A DNA stretch of 64,000 nt, taken from an uncultured Gemmatimonadales bacterium (GTDB lineage Bacteria; Gemmatimonadota; Gemmatimonadetes; Gemmatimonadales; GWC2-71-9). Shown one piece after another: positions 19,451 to 28,624 of the stretch (positions are counted from its first letter, which is position 1; every line of letters starts with the position of its first letter). The notes under the pieces were generated by a model. That model saw nothing but the letters and a program-made list of their open reading frames with translations. It ran no database searches and had not been told where the DNA came from. Where the stretch lies: contig CAWDYU010000001.1 of assembly GCA_963806875.1 (NCBI GenBank), positions 783,508 to 847,507 on the forward strand. Direction: 5' to 3'. The position numbers and the translations under genes are program-made.

Positions 19451-19871
19451 TTCTCGCGCGAAGGTGAACGCGAACATCAACGTCACGCCGATGATCGACG
19501 TGATGCTGGTGCTCCTGATCATCTTCATGATCGTGACGCCGCTGGTTGCAGCCGGCTTCCAGGCCACGCTCCCGATTGCGGCGAACACGTTCGACAGCAA
19601 GGAAGAGGATGACGAGATCATCCTCGGCATGGACGTCACGGGGAGCTACTTCCTCGACGGCCTCCCGGTGCCCAAGGAGCAGATCGAGGCCCGGCTGCAG
19701 TCTTTGTATGCCGACCGCGAGACGGACAAGCTCCTCTACTTCAAGGCGCATTCCGGCCTGAAGTACGCGCAGATCCAGGAGGGCGTCGAGATGGCCCGCC
19801 GCGCCGGCGCCCGTGTGCTGGTGGCGATCATGGACAAGAAGGGCGGTTCGTCAAGCGGAGAGGAGAACTAA
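19431..19871 (+). CDS. exbD: Biopolymer transport protein ExbD/TolR
   Basis: INVTPMIDVMLVLLIIFMIV signature near the N-terminus. An alternative GTG start at 19464 would remove the 20-nt overlap with exbB. Confidence 0.85.
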   Translation: MATSAGSSRAKVNANINVTPMIDVMLVLLIIFMIVTPLVAAGFQATLPIAANTFDSKEEDDEIILGMDVTGSYFLDGLPVPKEQIEARLQSLYADRETDKLLYFKAHSGLKYAQIQEGVEMARRAGARVLVAIMDKKGGSSSGEEN

Positions 19872-19872
19872 C

Positions 19873-20286
19873 ATGGGTATGGCAGCTGGCGGCGAAGCCG
19901 GAGAGGTCAATTCGGAGATCAACGTCACGCCGATGATCGACGTGCTCCTCGTGCTCCTGATCATCTTCATGATCGTGCAGCTCGTGGTGCGGCCCGTGGT
20001 CGAGATCCAGATTCCGCCGATCGAGACCGGGAGCCTGTCGTCGGCGCCGAGCACCCAGATCGTGCTCGAGCTCCGTGACGATGGGTCGTACATCATCAAC
20101 GGGACGCCGTATCCGAAGGAAGGGCTGGATCAGGCGATCCACACGATCTACGACATCCGGCCGGCGAAACTGATCTTCGTCAAGCCGGGGCAGAATCGTC
20201 TCTACGGCGACATCATCGAGGCGATCGACATCGTGAAGGGCGCCGGAGTCGAAGTGGTGGGACTCACGCCGATCGAGGCGAACTGA
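19873..20286 (+). CDS. exbD: Biopolymer transport protein ExbD/TolR (second copy)
   Basis: ATG preceded by GGAG at 7-nt spacing. INVTPMIDVLLVLLIIFMIV signature. Confidence 0.85.
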   Translation: MGMAAGGEAGEVNSEINVTPMIDVLLVLLIIFMIVQLVVRPVVEIQIPPIETGSLSSAPSTQIVLELRDDGSYIINGTPYPKEGLDQAIHTIYDIRPAKLIFVKPGQNRLYGDIIEAIDIVKGAGVEVVGLTPIEAN

Positions 20287-20295
20287 GTCCGTCCG

Positions 20296-21093
20296 ATGAA
20301 CAGTGATGCAGCACACGACGCGGATGTCCCCCCACGGGGCGTCCGCGTTCGTGCATCCCTGCCCATGCGGAGCGAGCGTTCGACAGCGTCGTTGATCGTA
20401 TCCGTGCTCGTCCACGGGGTCGTGGTGGTCCTGGTGATCATCGGTACCGCCACGATCGTCCAGCCGCGCGCCGGGGCGATCAGCGACGCGATCCTCGCGC
20501 AGACCCGAGGCGGCGGTGGTGGGGGGGCAGGAGGCGGTACGTTCGTGGCCGTGGCGGCGCCGCGAAGCGCCACCCCCACCCCGGCGCCGGTCGAGCCAAC
20601 GGTGGTGCCCGCGGTGGTGCCGCCACCGCCGTCGCCCGCGGTTGTACCGCCGCCAGTGGCGCCCCCGGCAGCGGCTCCCGCCGACACCGGTCGCCCGGCA
20701 GTCGCCAGCGCCGGCAGCGGAACAGGCGGTGGAACCGGTGGAGGGCAGGGGACCGGCCAGGGAACCGGCACGGGGAGCGGTACCGGCGCCGGCAGTGGCG
20801 GAGGCACCGGCGGTGGTGTCGCAACCGGCTCGCGTGGCACCGATCCGGTGTCGCGGCAGCTGATGCTTCCGCCACTCGATTCGCCCAAGTCGTTGCGCGG
20901 ACGCACGGTCGCCGTCACCTTCGTCGTGTCGGCGGAGGGCAGGGTCCTCGATATCGCCGTCGTCCCACCGATTGCCGACCGCGGTTTCTCCAGGAAGTTC
21001 GATGAAGTGATGCGTTCGTACCGGTTCTATCCGGCGCGAGACCCCTCGGGCGCCGCCGTGCCCGGTACCACCACCGTGGATGTCACCTTCTAG
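20296..21093 (+). CDS. TonB-family protein with an atypical Gly/Thr-rich linker
   Basis: TM helix (LIVSVLVHGVVVVLVII), a Pro/Ala tract followed by GSGTGGGTGGGQGTGQGTGTGSGTGAGSGGGTGGG, and a TonB-C-like end (TFVVSAEGRVLDIAVVPP...). Confidence 0.7.
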   Translation: MNSDAAHDADVPPRGVRVRASLPMRSERSTASLIVSVLVHGVVVVLVIIGTATIVQPRAGAISDAILAQTRGGGGGGAGGGTFVAVAAPRSATPTPAPVEPTVVPAVVPPPPSPAVVPPPVAPPAAAPADTGRPAVASAGSGTGGGTGGGQGTGQGTGTGSGTGAGSGGGTGGGVATGSRGTDPVSRQLMLPPLDSPKSLRGRTVAVTFVVSAEGRVLDIAVVPPIADRGFSRKFDEVMRSYRFYPARDPSGAAVPGTTTVDVTF

Positions 21094-21101
21094 GGAGCAC
21101 C

Positions 21102-22619
21102 ATGAACGGACTCTTCAGCCGCAAGCCGATCGCCGAGGAAAGCAGTCGCGGCCTGGTGCGCTCGCTCGGCGCCGGCGACCTCATCATGCTCGCGATCGGC
21201 GCCGTGATCGGGGCCGGCATCTTCGCGTCGCTCGGCACGGCAGCCGCCGGTGAGACCAGCGCCAGCGGCGAGGTGATCCGCGCGGGCGCCGGCCCGGCCC
21301 TGATCCTCTCGTTCATCCTCCTCGGCGTCGTGTGCGGTCTCGCCGCGCTCTGCTACGCCGAACTGGCATCGATGATCCCGCAGGCGGGATCGGCGTATGC
21401 GTACACCTACGCCACGCTCGGCGAACTGATGGCGTGGGTGATCGGCTGGGCGCTGGTGCTGGAGTACGCGATCGGCAACGTCGCGGTCGCGGTGGCATGG
21501 AGCGGATACTTCACGTCGTTGCTCATCGGGCTGGGGGATCTTCCTGCCCGGCTGGCTCTCCCACGGCTATTACCAGGTCACGCTCGCGAGCGATCCCGCG
21601 ATCCGGGCGCTCGCCGACACCGCACCGCAGATCGCCGGCGTCCCGGTCCTCCTCAATCTCCCCGCGTTCGGGATCACCGCCGCCGTCACCGCGGTGCTGC
21701 TGATGGGAGTCAGGGAGAGCGCACGGGCCAACGCGTTCATGGTCATCCTCAAGCTGCTGGTGCTCGCCTTCTTCGTGATCGTCGGCGCCGGTCACATCGA
21801 CCCGGAAAACTACAAGCCGTTTGCACCCAACGGATTCCGCGGCATTCACCAGGGCGCTGCGATCGTGTTCTTCGCGTACATCGGCTTCGATGCCATCAGC
21901 ACGGCGGCCGAGGAAACCAAGAACCCGCAGCGCAACCTGCCGCTCGGCATTCTCGGTGGACTCGGCATCTGCACGCTGATCTACGTGATCGTCGGCGTCG
22001 TGGCAACCGGTCTCGTCCCGTATCAGCAGCTGGCCGGCGCGGATCCGCTCGCTCGCGCACTCGAGATCGCCGGACTTCCCACCGCAAGCTGGATCGTCGC
22101 TGCCGGCGCCGTGGTATCGATGACCGCCGTGCTGCTCGTGTTCCAGTATGGCCAGACCCGCATCTTCTTCGGCATGGGACGCGATGGCCTGCTCCCGCGC
22201 TGGTCGACGAGGGTGCACCCGCGCACCCGGATCCCGCACATCAGCACGATCATCATCGGCGTCGTGGTCGCCATCGGATGCGCTGATCGCCGAAGAGAAC
22301 AGCATCTACGACCTGGTCAACATCGGCACGCTGGCGGCGTTCTTCCTCGTCTGCATCGGGGTGCTGGTGCTGCGCATGCGCGAGCCGGAGCTCCACCGCC
22401 CGTTCCGCGTCCCGATGATCTGGCTGGTGGCGCCGCTGGGTGCGATCGGCGTGCCTCTTCACCATCAAGGGGCTGCCGAACCGGGCGTACAAGATGTTCG
22501 GCTGGTGGATGGCCGCCGGGCTGATCTTCTACTTCCTCTACGGATATCGGCAGTCGGTGCTGCGGACCGGGAAGCCGGTGCCGGTGGATGAGTGGGAATG
22601 GGTGATAGTGAAGGGTTGA
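21102..22619 (+). pseudogene. APC-superfamily amino acid permease (cationic amino acid transporter type), interrupted by at least 3 frame changes
   Basis: Homology continues across three reading frames: 21102 frame to about 21535, 21694 frame to about 22280, 22148 frame to about 22455, then back to the first frame ending ...YGYRQSVLRTGKPVPVDEWEWVIVKG. The first shift lies in a GGGGG run. Confidence 0.75.
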
Positions 22620-22631
22620 AGGGTTGAAGGG
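22610..22631. repeat. Short tandem repeat (GAAGGGTT) x about 2.75
   Basis: Read directly: GAAGGGTT GAAGGGTT GAAGGG. It contains the stop codon of the permease gene. Confidence 0.6.
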
Positions 22632-22653
22632 ATCGCGTTCCTGCCGCTCCAGT

Positions 22654-23521
22654 CTACCGCGCCAGCACCACCGCCCCGCGGCATGGGTCGACCGCTTTCC
22701 GGATCACCGTGACACCCTGACCCTCCAGGGCGTCGGCGACCCTGTCACGCAGCGGTCGTCCCGGCGCCAGCAAGCCGCCTGATAGCGCCACCGGCATCGG
22801 TCCGGCGCCAGCGGCGTTGGCGAGTTCGGTGAGGGCGCTCACCGCGCTGTCGCGAAGGGCGCCCGCCACCGCGTCACCTTCGTCGGCGCACGCAACCACC
22901 GTGGGCGCGAGCGCGGCCACGTCGGCCGCGCTCGCCGTGGTCGACCACCGCACCAGCGCGGCAACGCCGGGAACTTTCGCGGCAGCGGGAAGCCTCTCCG
23001 CGAGTCGTGTCGGCGGCCCGATGCTGTCGTGCATCAGCCCGACCGCCTCGAGTGCCCGGGTCGCGAGCCAGTAGCCCGATCCCTGGTCGCCCATCCGCCA
23101 CCCCAGTCCGCCGACCCGCCGCAACATTCCGAGCATCGTCCTGCGAAATGGCGATGCTGCCGGTGCCCGCGATCACCAGCACTCCAGCGCCACCGTCGAA
23201 TGCGGCCGCGCGCGCGAGCTCGGCGTCGCCCACCACGATCACTTTCCACGCCAGGCGATGTCGCTCGAGGGCCGCGCGGAGTTCTTCCCGTTCGGCGGAG
23301 CGGCCCGCGCCCGACGCGCCCACCACGAACGCATCGGCCCGCGGGCCGTCCTCCCGCAGCAGCAGCGGTCGCGCCAGTTCGGCGAGCCGTGCCGCCAGCT
23401 CCTCACCGTTGCCGGCACGCATCGGACCACCGCGTCCCTCGGCGCGCGCCCGCTCGCTGTCGCCCCGGAAGAGCGCCACGCGGCTGGACGTGCCACCGAC
23501 GTCGGCGCCGATGACGATCAT
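22654..23521 (-). pseudogene. BadF/BadG/BcrA/BcrD-type ATPase (GlcNAc/MurNAc-kinase-like sugar kinase), one frame change
   Basis: MIVIGADVGGTSSRVAL...VLVIAGTGSIA in one frame continues as MLGMLRRVGGLGWRMGDQGSGYW... in another, with the shift near 23137. The start overlaps the upstream symporter stop (ATGA). Confidence 0.7.
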
Positions 23522-24994
23522 GTCGTGGCTGGCGTGCGCACGATACGCGACAGGACGAGCGCGGTGATCAGCATGACGGCCGTGCCCAGCGGTACGTACC
23601 ACGGCCAGGCCAGTTCACCGAGCGGTGCGAGGGCCGGCACACCCGCCGCCGCGATCCGCTTGGCAAACACCGTGACCACCATGAACACCATCGTCACGCA
23701 CGCCGCGACGATCACGTGAATGCCGCGGATCCGTTCACCCATCCCCGACAACAGGTACGCACCGAGCAGGACGCCGTAGGTCACCGACGCGATCGACAGG
23801 GCAAGCACCACGGCGGGCGTGTCGGTGCCGGTGGTGAGGCGGTAGAAGCCGAGCGCGGCGAGCATCAGCAGTGTCCCCCATGCGAGCGAAACCATCCGAC
23901 CGACCCTGAGCAGCTTGGCCGGGTCGCGCTCACCGGTCCAGGTGGCGTAGATGTCGTGCGTCAGCGACGAGGCGAGGGCATTGATCGACGACGACATCGT
24001 ACTCATCGCGGCGGCCAGGATGCCGGCGATCACCAATCCAGCCAACCCTTGCGGGAGATATCCCAGCACGAAGCGGCCGAAGATCTCATTCGAAGGCGTC
24101 GACTCGGGGGCGAGCTGTGCCGCCCAGATCGCGGTGCCGACGAGCAGGAAGAGGAGGAACTGGGCGATCACCAGTACGCCCGAACCCACCAGCGCGATGC
24201 GTGCGTCGCGCAACGAGCGAGTGGCGAGGAGTCGCTGCACGATCAGGTGGTCGGTGCCGTGCGATGCGGCCGACAGCATCGCGCCGCCGATCAGCCCGCC
24301 GACGAACGCGTACGGCACCGTCCACGAGAAGCGCCAGTCGAAGATCCGCAGCTTGTCCGCTTCGGCTGCAGCGGCGAGCATCGGCCCGAACCCACCGACC
24401 AGGCCCGAGGCAATCCAGATCGCTGCGATGCCCCCGGCGATGTAGACCGCAAGCTGCACCACATCGGCCCAGATCACGGCCTTGATGCCGCCGAAGTAGG
24501 TGTAGATGATGGTGAGCACTCCCATCGCCACGATCGACGCGGGGATGCTCCAGCTGGTGAGCAGCGCCAGCGGGATCGCGCCGGCAAAGATCCGGACACC
24601 GTCGCCCAGGAAACGCGTGACGAGAAAGACCAGCGATAGCGTGCGACGGGTGTTCCCACCGAATCGTGTCTCGAAGCGCGCGTACGCGGTTTCCTGTTCG
24701 CCGCGGAAGTAGCCCGGGAGCAGCCACGTGGCGACCGCGATGCGTCCGATGAGATAGCCGATCGGGAGGATCAGGAAGGTGAGGTCGCCCCGCGCGCCGA
24801 TGGCCGGGCGTGGAGATCACCGTGACCGCCGATGTTTCCGTGGCGACGATCGACAGCATGATCGTCCAGGCGGGAAGGTCGCGAGCGCCGAGGAAGTAGT
24901 CGCTGGTCGACTTCTGGTCGCGCGACATCCAGAAACCGATGCCCAGGGTGCCGACGAAATAGGTGGCGACGACGGCGAGGTCGAGTGGGGTCAC
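23518..24994 (-). pseudogene. Sodium:solute symporter (SSS family), one frame change
   Basis: MTPLDLAVVATYFVGTLGIGFWMSRDQKSTSDYFLGARDLPAW...ETSAVTVISTPG continues in another frame (IGARGDLTFLILPIGYLIGR...YTYFGGIKAVIWADVVQ...). The shift is near 24808. Confidence 0.75.
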
Positions 24995-25037
24995 GGAGGG
25001 CCCGATTGAGGACGGATTGCGGATGCACCATCAGGGG

Positions 25038-25150
25038 GTCAGTCGACAGTCGACAGGTAACATACCTCCAAACAAAAGGCCGACACCATCAATCGATGTC
25101 GGCCCTGCCCGGATCGCCTGTCACCTGTTACCTGTCGACTGTCGACTGAC
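25038..25150. repeat. Perfect 25-nt inverted repeat (GTCAGTCGACAGTCGACAGGTAACA / reverse complement) flanking a terminator hairpin
   Basis: The arms lie at 25038-25062 and 25126-25150. Each contains a tandem GTCGACA GTCGACA. With one mismatch, pairing extends 5 bp further on each side. Confidence 0.7.
25078..25104 (-). terminator. Rho-independent terminator of the IscA-family gene
   Basis: GGCCGACA-N11-TGTCGGCC hairpin. On the minus strand it is followed by TTTTGTTTG. Confidence 0.6.
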
Positions 25151-25196
25151 ACCCTGTTCCAGCACAACCATCAACAGGGCAATCGGCCGCGCCCCA

Positions 25197-25562
25197 TCAA
25201 GCGTTGAAGCTGCTTCCGCAGCCGCAGCCGCCAGTGGAGTTGGGGTTGTTGAACGTGAACCCGCTGCCCTGCATCGCGGTGACGTAGTCGATGGTGACCC
25301 CGTTGAGGTACTGCGCCGAAAACGCATCGACGAAGACCCGCACCCCGTTGATGTCCGACGACATGTCGTCCTCGACCGGGTTGTCCTCGATGTTGAGCGA
25401 GTACTTGAAGCCGGAGCAGCCGCCGGGCAGGACCGACACGCGGAGGCCAGCCGTGTCCGCCGGCACGCCATCGGCGCCCATGAACTTCTGGACCTCGGCC
25501 GCGGCGTTCTCGGTGATCGTGAGGACGAATCCCTCGGGCAAGGCCTGAATCGTTTCGCTCAT
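25197..25562 (-). CDS. Iron-sulfur cluster insertion/assembly protein (HesB/IscA/ErpA family)
   Basis: 121 aa. GGCSGFKYSL and the C-terminal NPNSTGGCGCGSSF supply the three conserved cysteines. Confidence 0.9.
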   Translation of the reverse strand: MSETIQALPEGFVLTITENAAAEVQKFMGADGVPADTAGLRVSVLPGGCSGFKYSLNIEDNPVEDDMSSDINGVRVFVDAFSAQYLNGVTIDYVTAMQGSGFTFNNPNSTGGCGCGSSFNA

Positions 25563-25643
25563 CTGCTGCTCCGGTAGGTAACTCCTGCAAAATCGCCCCG
25601 CCGTGTGGCAGGGTCAATGATCAAAAACGCCCGCCCCATGACC

Positions 25644-26849
25644 TCAGTTCCCGGGAAGGGGGGCCCGCGGCACCGCATCCGGGAACAGTGCCCGCATCAC
25701 GGCGTCGGCCACGATCCCGCGGATCGGCCCGAAGCGCGGGGTGTTGCGGGTCGGGTGGACCCGGTTGGTGAGCAGGACGATCACCACCTCGCGGGTGGGG
25801 TCGACCCAGATGCTGGTGCCGGTGAAGCCGGTGTGGCCGAAGCTTCGGGCCGCCATGATGGTGCCAGCACTGCTCGCCCCCGATGGGGTGTCCCAACCCA
25901 GCCCCCGCGACGAACCGACGGGACGATCCTGCTTGAGCGTCCAGGTGGCGAATCCCCTGGGCGGCGTCGGCGCGCCCGGCACCGAGCGCCCGAGCGCACC
26001 GGCCAGCGCCCACTCCCCGAAGCGGAGGATGTCCTCCGCGTCACTGAAAAGGCCGGCATGTCCCGAGGCACCGTCCAACCGGCTGGCGTTTTCGTCGTGC
26101 ACCTCGCCGCGCAACATGCGCCCGCGCCACGGATCCTGCTCGGTGGGCGCGATGATGCTGCGCCAGCTGGCAGGCGGGAGGAACCGGGTGCGCGCCAGCG
26201 CGAGCGGTCGCGCAACGCGTGCATCGAAGAGCTGGTCGATGCGCTGGTCGTACAGCGACTCAAGGATAGTGGCCAGGGTGATGGCCCCGAGGTCGGAATA
26301 CACCATGCGGGCGCCCGGCAATGTGTCGAGGTCGCTGATCAGTGCGGAGTGGATCGCGCCACTGCGGCCGGCGCTCTGCAACCACAGGGGTCGGTGCGCG
26401 AGCATGCCGCTGTCGTGAAGCAGCAGGTCGCGCACCGTCACGCGATCCTTGGCGCCGAGGCCTGCAGCGTAGCGAGGGAGGTAGCGCACCACCGGGGCGT
26501 CGAGGTCGAGCCGCCCTTCGTCGACCGCCATCATCGCGAGTGTTGTCAGCGCGACAACCTTCGTGAGTGACGCCATGTCGTACACCGTCTGCCCGTCGGG
26601 GCGGGAGGCATCGTCCTGCCCGAGTCGGCCCGCGCCGTACACGAATCGCTCGCCGCGGACCGAGACCGCGAGTACGGCGCCCGGAAAGGTGGCCGCGGCG
26701 ACGGCCGAATCAATGGTGCGCGCCGCTGGTGCGAGCCGTGCGGCGAGCGGTGCCGACACCGCAATCGGCGTCGGCCGGGGAGGCGCCGAGTGACACGCCA
26801 GCGCTGCCGACACCACCAGGAACGCTGCCGTGTTGGCGCCGTGGGTCAC
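25644..26849 (-). CDS. Beta-lactamase-family serine hydrolase (position and family resemble the B. subtilis AmiE-type MurNAc-L-Ala amidase)
   Basis: SxxK motif in YDMASLTKVVALTT; C-terminal HTGFTGTSIWVDP. The GTG start overlaps the nagZ stop (GTGA). The amidase assignment is inferred from gene context only. Confidence 0.75.
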   Translation of the reverse strand: MTHGANTAAFLVVSAALACHSAPPRPTPIAVSAPLAARLAPAARTIDSAVAAATFPGAVLAVSVRGERFVYGAGRLGQDDASRPDGQTVYDMASLTKVVALTTLAMMAVDEGRLDLDAPVVRYLPRYAAGLGAKDRVTVRDLLLHDSGMLAHRPLWLQSAGRSGAIHSALISDLDTLPGARMVYSDLGAITLATILESLYDQRIDQLFDARVARPLALARTRFLPPASWRSIIAPTEQDPWRGRMLRGEVHDENASRLDGASGHAGLFSDAEDILRFGEWALAGALGRSVPGAPTPPRGFATWTLKQDRPVGSSRGLGWDTPSGASSAGTIMAARSFGHTGFTGTSIWVDPTREVVIVLLTNRVHPTRNTPRFGPIRGIVADAVMRALFPDAVPRAPLPGN

Positions 26850-28624
26850 GGGCGCGCCTCTGGCATCACGATGCCCGACTGGATTGGCCACGACGGCGGA
26901 ATCGGGATCGGTGCCTTGCCCGTGATCGGATTCCGGCCAGTGAGCGCTGCGCCGACCGCCGTCTCCACCACGGGGGTGTTCGACCAGCCGATGAGATAGC
27001 TGCCGGCGGTGGGCACCTGCGAGATCACGTACGGTGAACCGAACGACACGAGCACTGTCGGGCGGCGGCGCGAAAACCGGGTGAGGAGGTCGGCGGTCGA
27101 CTTGGCGAGGCCAATCGTTCCCTGATACGAACCCCAGCGCACCGACGTCGCGAGCACCGTGTATTTCGAGGCACCGATGATGGAGTCGATCCGGCGCAGG
27201 TCACGGGCCGTTGGTTCGGCGGGGACCAGCACCGGACTCACGGTGTGACCGCCCCGACGCAACTCCGCGGCGAGCGTGGAGCCCAGCGTGGTTGATCCGA
27301 CCGTCACGAGGGCGATCCGCTGCGGCCCTGCACGCATCGCGGCCACCGTACCGCCGCCATCCTTCAGCAGCACCAGGCTGCGCTCGGTGATGTCGCGCGC
27401 AATCGCCTTGTGCGCCGATCCACCGACGACGTCTGGTACGGCAGTCAGGTCGACGTCGCGCTTCTCGAAGAGTCCCATCCGCGCCTTCAGCTCGAGGATC
27501 TTCCGAACCGACAGGTCGAGACGGGCCATCGAGATTCGCCCGCTCTCCACGGCGCGGGTCACGGCCGTGATCGCGGCCGCAGGGTCGGCCGGCATGAGCA
27601 GCAGGTCGCTGCCGGCCTCGAATGCGCGAATCACCGCCTCGTCGGCGCTGACTTCCTTGGCGATCCCGCCCATGTCGAGTGCGTCGGTGGTGATCAATCC
27701 CTTGAACTGCAGCGAGTCGCGGAGGATCCCGGTGAGGATCGCCGGTGACAGCGTTCCCGGCAGGCGCGATCCTCCGTCGAGTGCCGGCAGCGCGATGTGG
27801 GCCGACATCACGGCGTCGACGCCGGCGTCGATGGCGGCGCGGAACGGCACCAGTTCGAGCGAGTCGAAGCGTGCCCACGGCGCCGTGATCACCGGCATCG
27901 CGAGGTGTGAATCGGTTTCGGTGTCACCATGACCGGGGAAGTGCTTCGCCGTCGACAGGATCCCGCCGTCGCGCATCCCGCGCACCGTTGCGGCGACGAG
28001 TTCGGCCACCGCATGCGGGTCGGCGCCGAACGCGCGGGTGTTGATGATCGGGTTCGCCGGATTGCTGTTGACGTCGGCCACCGGGGCAAATGCGAGGTGC
28101 ACGCCGACCGCTCGTCCCTCGACCGCGGTGATCCGGCCGAGCTGATAGGCGTCCTCCGTGCGTCCGGTCGCACCGATACCCATCTGGGTCGGGAACGCTG
28201 TTCCGGCTGCGATCCGCATCACGATGCCGCCCTCGAAATCGGCGGCAATCAGGAGTGGGAGTGGCGCGCGACGCTGCAATGCGTTCAACTTGGATGCGAC
28301 ATCGAGCGGCGTACCGGTCGAGATGATGATCCCGCCGACCTCGAGCGAGTCGACCCAGGCGTACGCACGGCGCATCGACGGATCGTCGGCCGAGACGTAA
28401 TCGCCCAGCAACCAGGGCATCACGAGTTGCGCCACTTTCTGGCGGGTCGTGAGTCGCGCCAGCGCCACGGTCACGCTGTCGGCCGGCTCCGGTGCGGGCA
28501 CCACGGCCACGGGCGGCGGGTTGCGCGTAGGCTGCGGCCCGATCACACGCGGTTCCGGTGCGCGGGACGAACACGCGACGGCGCCAAGCATCAGAACGAG
28601 CACGGAGGTTGGATGAAGTTTCAC
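26846..28624 (-). CDS. nagZ: Glycoside hydrolase family 3, beta-N-acetylhexosaminidase (NagZ-like) lipoprotein
   Basis: GH3 N-terminal domain motifs (AADFEGG, KHFPGHGDTETDSH, ITTDALDMGGI). Start taken at the GTG giving VKLHPTSVLVLMLGAVACSS; the longer ORF upstream is Arg-rich shadow sequence. Confidence 0.8.
   Translation of the reverse strand: MKLHPTSVLVLMLGAVACSSRAPEPRVIGPQPTRNPPPVAVVPAPEPADSVTVALARLTTRQKVAQLVMPWLLGDYVSADDPSMRRAYAWVDSLEVGGIIISTGTPLDVASKLNALQRRAPLPLLIAADFEGGIVMRIAAGTAFPTQMGIGATGRTEDAYQLGRITAVEGRAVGVHLAFAPVADVNSNPANPIINTRAFGADPHAVAELVAATVRGMRDGGILSTAKHFPGHGDTETDSHLAMPVITAPWARFDSLELVPFRAAIDAGVDAVMSAHIALPALDGGSRLPGTLSPAILTGILRDSLQFKGLITTDALDMGGIAKEVSADEAVIRAFEAGSDLLLMPADPAAAITAVTRAVESGRISMARLDLSVRKILELKARMGLFEKRDVDLTAVPDVVGGSAHKAIARDITERSLVLLKDGGGTVAAMRAGPQRIALVTVGSTTLGSTLAAELRRGGHTVSPVLVPAEPTARDLRRIDSIIGASKYTVLATSVRWGSYQGTIGLAKSTADLLTRFSRRRPTVLVSFGSPYVISQVPTAGSYLIGWSNTPVVETAVGAALTGRNPITGKAPIPIPPSWPIQSGIVMPEARP

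Noticed and set aside
28613-28624. Divergent genes (nagZ on the minus strand, DUF1343 on the plus strand) whose predicted 5' ends overlap by 12 bp.
   Set aside because: This is most likely a start-codon assignment issue. nagZ has an alternative in-frame ATG at 28591 (MLGAVACSS). Neither choice can be proven from sequence alone.
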